Origin: an uncultured virus (IMG/VR IMGVR_UViG_3300027793_002658)
Lineage: Duplodnaviria; Heunggongvirae; Uroviricota; Caudoviricetes
DNA: 61,450 bases
Strand: one strand, 5' to 3'
IMG/VR virus record: IMGVR_UViG_3300027793_002658
This document shows positions 57,922 through 61,450 of this stretch, piece by piece (position 1 is the first letter of the stretch; the number at the start of each line of letters is the position of its first letter). Both the position numbers and the translations under genes were made by a program. The notes beneath the pieces are model-generated. The model saw nothing but the letters and a program-made list of their open reading frames with translations. It had not been told where the DNA came from and searched no databases.

Positions 57922-58422
57922 ATGATTACACCAACAAGTTTTAAAATAAAAGTCAGCGGCGAGCCAAAAACCATCGACACTGTTATCGACACCGATCCTA
58001 CAAAAGATAATATTGAAAATTATACTAAAGATTTGTTTGAACCAAGAACAAACAATAGATTTTTGGTAAAAATCTTAGATGATCAAAATAATGATATTGT
58101 TCCATCTTTTTTGATTAAGGAATTTAATCGTCCAGAATTGACGAGTGCTATGGCCACGTCTTTTTCATGTATTATTTATGACAGTGTAACACAACGTGTA
58201 GTTGCATTGTTAATGCCATTTTTAATGCCGGTTTTAGAAAACAAAATTAAAGTAATTTTGCAAATTACAGATCCAATTGGCAATATTATTGAAACATGGA
58301 CATTTAAAAATGTCACATTAAAAAAGGTTTCGCCATCGTTACTCAATTGGTCCGATGATGATGTTTCTTTGATTTATGCTGAATTTAGAGTAAGCTATTC
58401 AGATATAACTATCGAAGGTTAA
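57922..58422 (+). CDS. Tail tube protein-like (T4 gp19-like)
   Basis: FEPR..NRF; DPIGNIIETWTF; LNWSDD. Confidence 0.65.
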   Translation: MITPTSFKIKVSGEPKTIDTVIDTDPTKDNIENYTKDLFEPRTNNRFLVKILDDQNNDIVPSFLIKEFNRPELTSAMATSFSCIIYDSVTQRVVALLMPFLMPVLENKIKVILQITDPIGNIIETWTFKNVTLKKVSPSLLNWSDDDVSLIYAEFRVSYSDITIEG

Positions 58423-58901
58423 ACGGGTATCTTTTTGAGCTTACTGATAGGCAGATTATAGCAATCAGCCTTAAATTTCCATTTGTACGAAGAACTTTCG
58501 TCAATGGTTCCCTTTTTGTTTAATTGAGCATGCTTATAAAAATAATCTTTACTACAGCCGCCTAGTATCCATGCTCTACTAAAATCTTCCATTATGCGAA
58601 CAAAAAAATATACGTCGCATTTTTGACGTATATTGTATGCGGCAACACTACAATAATAATGAGGTTGTGGTGGACTTGTGCAAGTTTTTGTTTTAACATC
58701 TATTTTGATATCATCTTTAATAATATCATAATCATATGTGTTTTTCGACTTGCCACCAATATATTCGTTTACCAACAATTCTCCCAAAAAACCATAAACA
58801 TTTCCCTTGCCGTCTGTAATGCTATTGTTCAGAACTCCCATTTCTTTTGATTTACGCTTGGCAACAGAAATTTGTTTTTTAGTTGGAATTACTTCGATCA
58901 T
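58419..58901 (-). CDS. Hypothetical protein, possible PD-(D/E)xK nuclease
   Basis: GFLGE...YD...IDVKTK. Confidence 0.55.
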   Translation of the reverse strand: MIEVIPTKKQISVAKRKSKEMGVLNNSITDGKGNVYGFLGELLVNEYIGGKSKNTYDYDIIKDDIKIDVKTKTCTSPPQPHYYCSVAAYNIRQKCDVYFFVRIMEDFSRAWILGGCSKDYFYKHAQLNKKGTIDESSSYKWKFKADCYNLPISKLKKIPV

Positions 58902-59009
58902 CTTTTTCCAATTCTTCTTCTAGTCTAGAATTGATTCCACAAAATCGTGCAATCAATACTGCGACAACAACATATGCACAAATTAATATTGCTCCAATTA
59001 ATACGTATT

Positions 59010-59363
59010 TCATTTCTTTTTCTTTTTAGATGACTCTTGATTCTTAATTTCACCTGCACACTGCTTGCCCAGTTCAGTTAACCCAAACTTCGGTTCTCCG
59101 TTTTCATCAACACCAGTGCATTCTAAAATACCATCTTTCACTAACTTATCAACAGTCTGCTTGACTTCCTCTAGAGCAATCATATTATAAATTTCAATAG
59201 CTTCATCTCTTGAAACTTCCTCACTGTCCATAATGAGTTGCAACGACATTTCGTATTCTCTTTGTTTAATTTGTTCTTCGCTAATATCAAACTCTAATTT
59301 TGAACAATGTTCAAGTAGTTGATCGACAGTGCCTGTGAATGTTGTGTTGATGTTTTCGTTCAT
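59010..59363 (-). CDS. Hypothetical protein (winged-helix-like C-terminus)
   Basis: Start placed at MNENI; LVKDGILE...FGLTELG. Confidence 0.6.
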   Translation of the reverse strand: MNENINTTFTGTVDQLLEHCSKLEFDISEEQIKQREYEMSLQLIMDSEEVSRDEAIEIYNMIALEEVKQTVDKLVKDGILECTGVDENGEPKFGLTELGKQCAGEIKNQESSKKKKK

Positions 59364-59371
59364 ATATAAAT

Positions 59372-59446
59372 TGGTGCGCCCAGCGAGATTCGAACTCGCA
59401 AATATAGTTTTAGAGACCACTGTTTTAACCGTTAAACTATGGACGC
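59372..59446 (-). tRNA. Amber suppressor tRNA, anticodon CUA
   Basis: GCGUCCA/UGGGCGC-A-CCA; anticodon loop CUCUAAA; T-loop UUCGAAU. Confidence 0.85.
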
Positions 59447-59686
59447 ATTAATAGTAGCTTCATTCAGATCATCAATAACGACGTTTACATTTTTGAATTT
59501 TAAACTTCCCTTGGTGTGCGAGCTATCAGGAGTTTCTTTTGTGGTCCAACCAACATTTGCATTGACATGGTTGACATAATAGGTCGTTCCTTTAGTTTTT
59601 AACACCCACATTGGGATATTATTGTCAGTCAAGTGCGCTTTGTTGAAGTGAAATACAACTTCTTTGCAATTCTATAATGTAGTCAT
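59432..59686 (-). CDS. Phage protein with in-frame TAG at codon 5
   Basis: ATG ACT ACA TTA TAG then NCKEVVFHFNK...PMWVLKTKG; AAGGA and a promoter upstream. Confidence 0.65.
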
Positions 59687-59711
59687 ATGATGTATCCTTA
59701 TTACGTCCAAT

Positions 59712-59740
59712 AGCATAGAGTCACTTTGCGTCGTTGTCAA
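59712..59740 (-). promoter_or_regulatory. Sigma70-type promoter
   Basis: TTGACA-N17-TATGCT. Confidence 0.7.
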
Positions 59741-59897
59741 TCTTTTTCTGTGCCGACACCCAATCAGGTAAATGCTTTGTAACCCATTCTACAAGCGCAG
59801 TCTCAAATCCAATATCATATTTCTTTTTTTCGCTTTCAATCCATTTGTGCTTCATTATTTCTTCACGAATTAATATAAATTTTTGATATAAAGACAT
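59721..59897 (-). CDS. DUF4032-like small protein (58 aa, not in ORF track)
   Basis: SLYQKF...REEIMKHKWIESEK...DIGFETALVEW...H. Confidence 0.7.
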   Translation of the reverse strand: MSLYQKFILIREEIMKHKWIESEKKKYDIGFETALVEWVTKHLPDWVSAQKKIDNDAK

Positions 59898-59918
59898 AGA
59901 CTTTTTATATATATAATT

Positions 59919-60140
59919 ATGAAATCGAAAATATTACTTTTAATTACAACGGCCCTTCTTTTTGGATGTGCAAATGAAAAAACCATTAGCATTGATGGTC
60001 ACACCTACACATTGGTTCGTGCAGGGCAAACAAATGCCAATGGTATTAATGATTTGGAATTATGGGAACGTAAAGGAGTCACAAATAGATACTATACTCC
60101 ATCATTGGATGGAAAATCTATGCATTCGATTATGAAATAA
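59919..60140 (+). CDS. Putative lipoprotein
   Basis: Signal peptide, LLFGC lipobox. Confidence 0.6.
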   Translation: MKSKILLLITTALLFGCANEKTISIDGHTYTLVRAGQTNANGINDLELWERKGVTNRYYTPSLDGKSMHSIMK

Positions 60141-60864
60141 TATCTGACTCGTCAATCTCTTCAAGCGCATGATAAATTATAGATTTTTTATCATCGTATT
60201 TGGTTGATAACAACTCCATTTTATACAATTTATCGCTAACACTACGTTTATTAACGTATCGTTCGTAATAATGATTGTAATACATTTCTTTATCTATTTC
60301 GTCTAAGCGACTTTCCAATTCTCCATATACAGGAGTATAGTGTGTCAGATAATGTGGTTTTGTAACTTCTTTCAACATCCATGGAAATTTAAAATAATAA
60401 TGTGGTCGAAAATATTTTGTATCGTTTTGAAATAATTTCTTTTCATTTTCGCACGAACAGTTATACAAACTGGAATGATACCACAAATATTTTTCAATTG
60501 ACTTAATTTTTTCAATATCAGATGCTCTTTTTGCTTCTGTATAATAAAATTCGAAACGTGGATCTGTTGCTGATTTCAAGTGTGCGTGTTTCTCGAAACA
60601 CGTTTTTTTAGTGTGCGTAATAAAATCTTTTTTGGGATGATACGCTTTGTTTTGCCCAAGAAAATTTATTACTTCCAAAATTTTTGGATAATCACGACGT
60701 TGCTTAACATCATCACGCAATTCCAAACTACGAACATAACCGTGATGTATTGGCGTATCCAGTTTAATTGGAACAATATTATATTTTTGTCGGTATAATA
60801 TATCTGCTTCGCGCATCAACGCCAACGCTCGCTTTTTCTCTTTTTCTTTTTTATGTAGGTCCAT
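60130..60864 (-). CDS. Hypothetical protein
   Basis: 244-aa ORF. Confidence 0.65.
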   Translation of the reverse strand: MDLHKKEKEKKRALALMREADILYRQKYNIVPIKLDTPIHHGYVRSLELRDDVKQRRDYPKILEVINFLGQNKAYHPKKDFITHTKKTCFEKHAHLKSATDPRFEFYYTEAKRASDIEKIKSIEKYLWYHSSLYNCSCENEKKLFQNDTKYFRPHYYFKFPWMLKEVTKPHYLTHYTPVYGELESRLDEIDKEMYYNHYYERYVNKRSVSDKLYKMELLSTKYDDKKSIIYHALEEIDESDIIS

Positions 60865-60866
60865 AA

Positions 60867-61121
60867 TTAGTCATTTTTAACAACAGATGAAAAATTACTT
60901 AATTCAACTGTTTTTGGTTCTTTATTAATTGTTTCTACATGCTTTCGTATATATCTCAAAAACAATAATGCTTTGTCCTCGGCCAATAAGGTTGCTTTTC
61001 CAATATCCGCAAGCGGCACTGGAAATTCAAATCCACATTCAGTGGAATAAATAAACTCTCCCTCACGAAAATATACAAATTTAACTCGCTTGTTGTCACT
61101 GACCATGTTTTTGATGTTCAT
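60867..61121 (-). CDS. Conserved-looking small phage protein
   Basis: GFEFPVP..D.G.AT.LAEDKA..F.RYIRKH; promoter TTGACA-N16-TATATT at 61128-61155. Confidence 0.65.
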   Translation of the reverse strand: MNIKNMVSDNKRVKFVYFREGEFIYSTECGFEFPVPLADIGKATLLAEDKALLFLRYIRKHVETINKEPKTVELSNFSSVVKND

Positions 61122-61158
61122 ATGTTTAATATATCAGATTTTTGTTGTGTGTCAATAT

Positions 61159-61191
61159 AAAAAAAAGACGATATCATAATGATATCGTCTT
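61159..61191 (-). terminator. Intrinsic terminator
   Basis: aagacgatatca/tgatatcgtctt plus U tract. Confidence 0.7.
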
Positions 61192-61198
61192 GATAAAT

Positions 61199-61272
61199 TG
61201 GTGGTTCTCCAAGGAATTGAGCCTTGTTCTATACAATGTCAATGTATTATTCTACCGTTAAACTAGAGAACC
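61199..61272 (-). tRNA. tRNA-Val(GAC)
   Basis: Cloverleaf, CCA. Confidence 0.8.
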
Positions 61273-61276
61273 ATTA

Positions 61277-61390
61277 GAAGGATTTCACGACGAGCTAATT
61301 AGACTCAACAACAACATTTTAATTTTGTCTTTCGTTCCACATTAACACGTTAACCAAAGGGAATCGAACCCCCGTGATGTGTCTTTCTTC
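61277..61390 (-). ncRNA. Candidate tRNA-mimic RNA with T-arm near its 5' end
   Basis: GGGG-UUCGAUU-CCCU followed by a GUUAA/UUAAU hairpin; UCACG/CGUGA closing pairs. Confidence 0.4.
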
Positions 61391-61395
61391 AAAAT

Positions 61396-61450
61396 TGGAG
61401 CACCGTGTTGGATTTGAACCAACGATTTTAGAGTTTTGCAGACTCTTGCC
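61396..61450 (-). tRNA. tRNA-Cys(GCA), 5' part outside the window
   Basis: Anticodon loop CUGCAAA, T-arm, UCCA. Confidence 0.8.

Noticed and set aside
1..61450. Full TAG-to-sense recoding (code 15)
   Set aside because: Long essential genes are intact under code 11 with no internal TAG.

Overview
AT-rich segment of a large T4-like (jumbo) myovirus genome. No Shine-Dalgarno pattern is obvious upstream of most genes, and a DUF4032-like small protein hints weakly at a Verrucomicrobia-type host. Layout: (1) 1-7.3 kb glycosyltransferase/methyltransferase island; (2) 9.6-42 kb mostly minus-strand virion module (fibre-like proteins, baseplate gp6/gp25/spike-like, FG-GAP and dockerin-like proteins), interrupted by an Mre11-Rad50 fusion, primase, RuvC-like resolvase and a probable gp55-like late sigma factor; (3) 42-50 kb PhoH, vWA, thyA, DHFR and small genes; (4) 50-61.4 kb minus-strand RNA island. 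The RNA island has about 20 tRNA genes, a tmRNA, a reduced RNase P RNA, Sir2, Hsp20 and several unexplained structured RNAs. Most notable: a family of stem-closed RNAs with a conserved CAGCAA motif, one of which encloses a circularly permuted tRNA-Ser(UGA); an amber-suppressor tRNA(CUA) overlapped by the 3' end of a gene carrying an in-frame TAG at codon 5; and a leader-peptide attenuator at the head of the tRNA array. All calls are from manual reading; no database searches were run.
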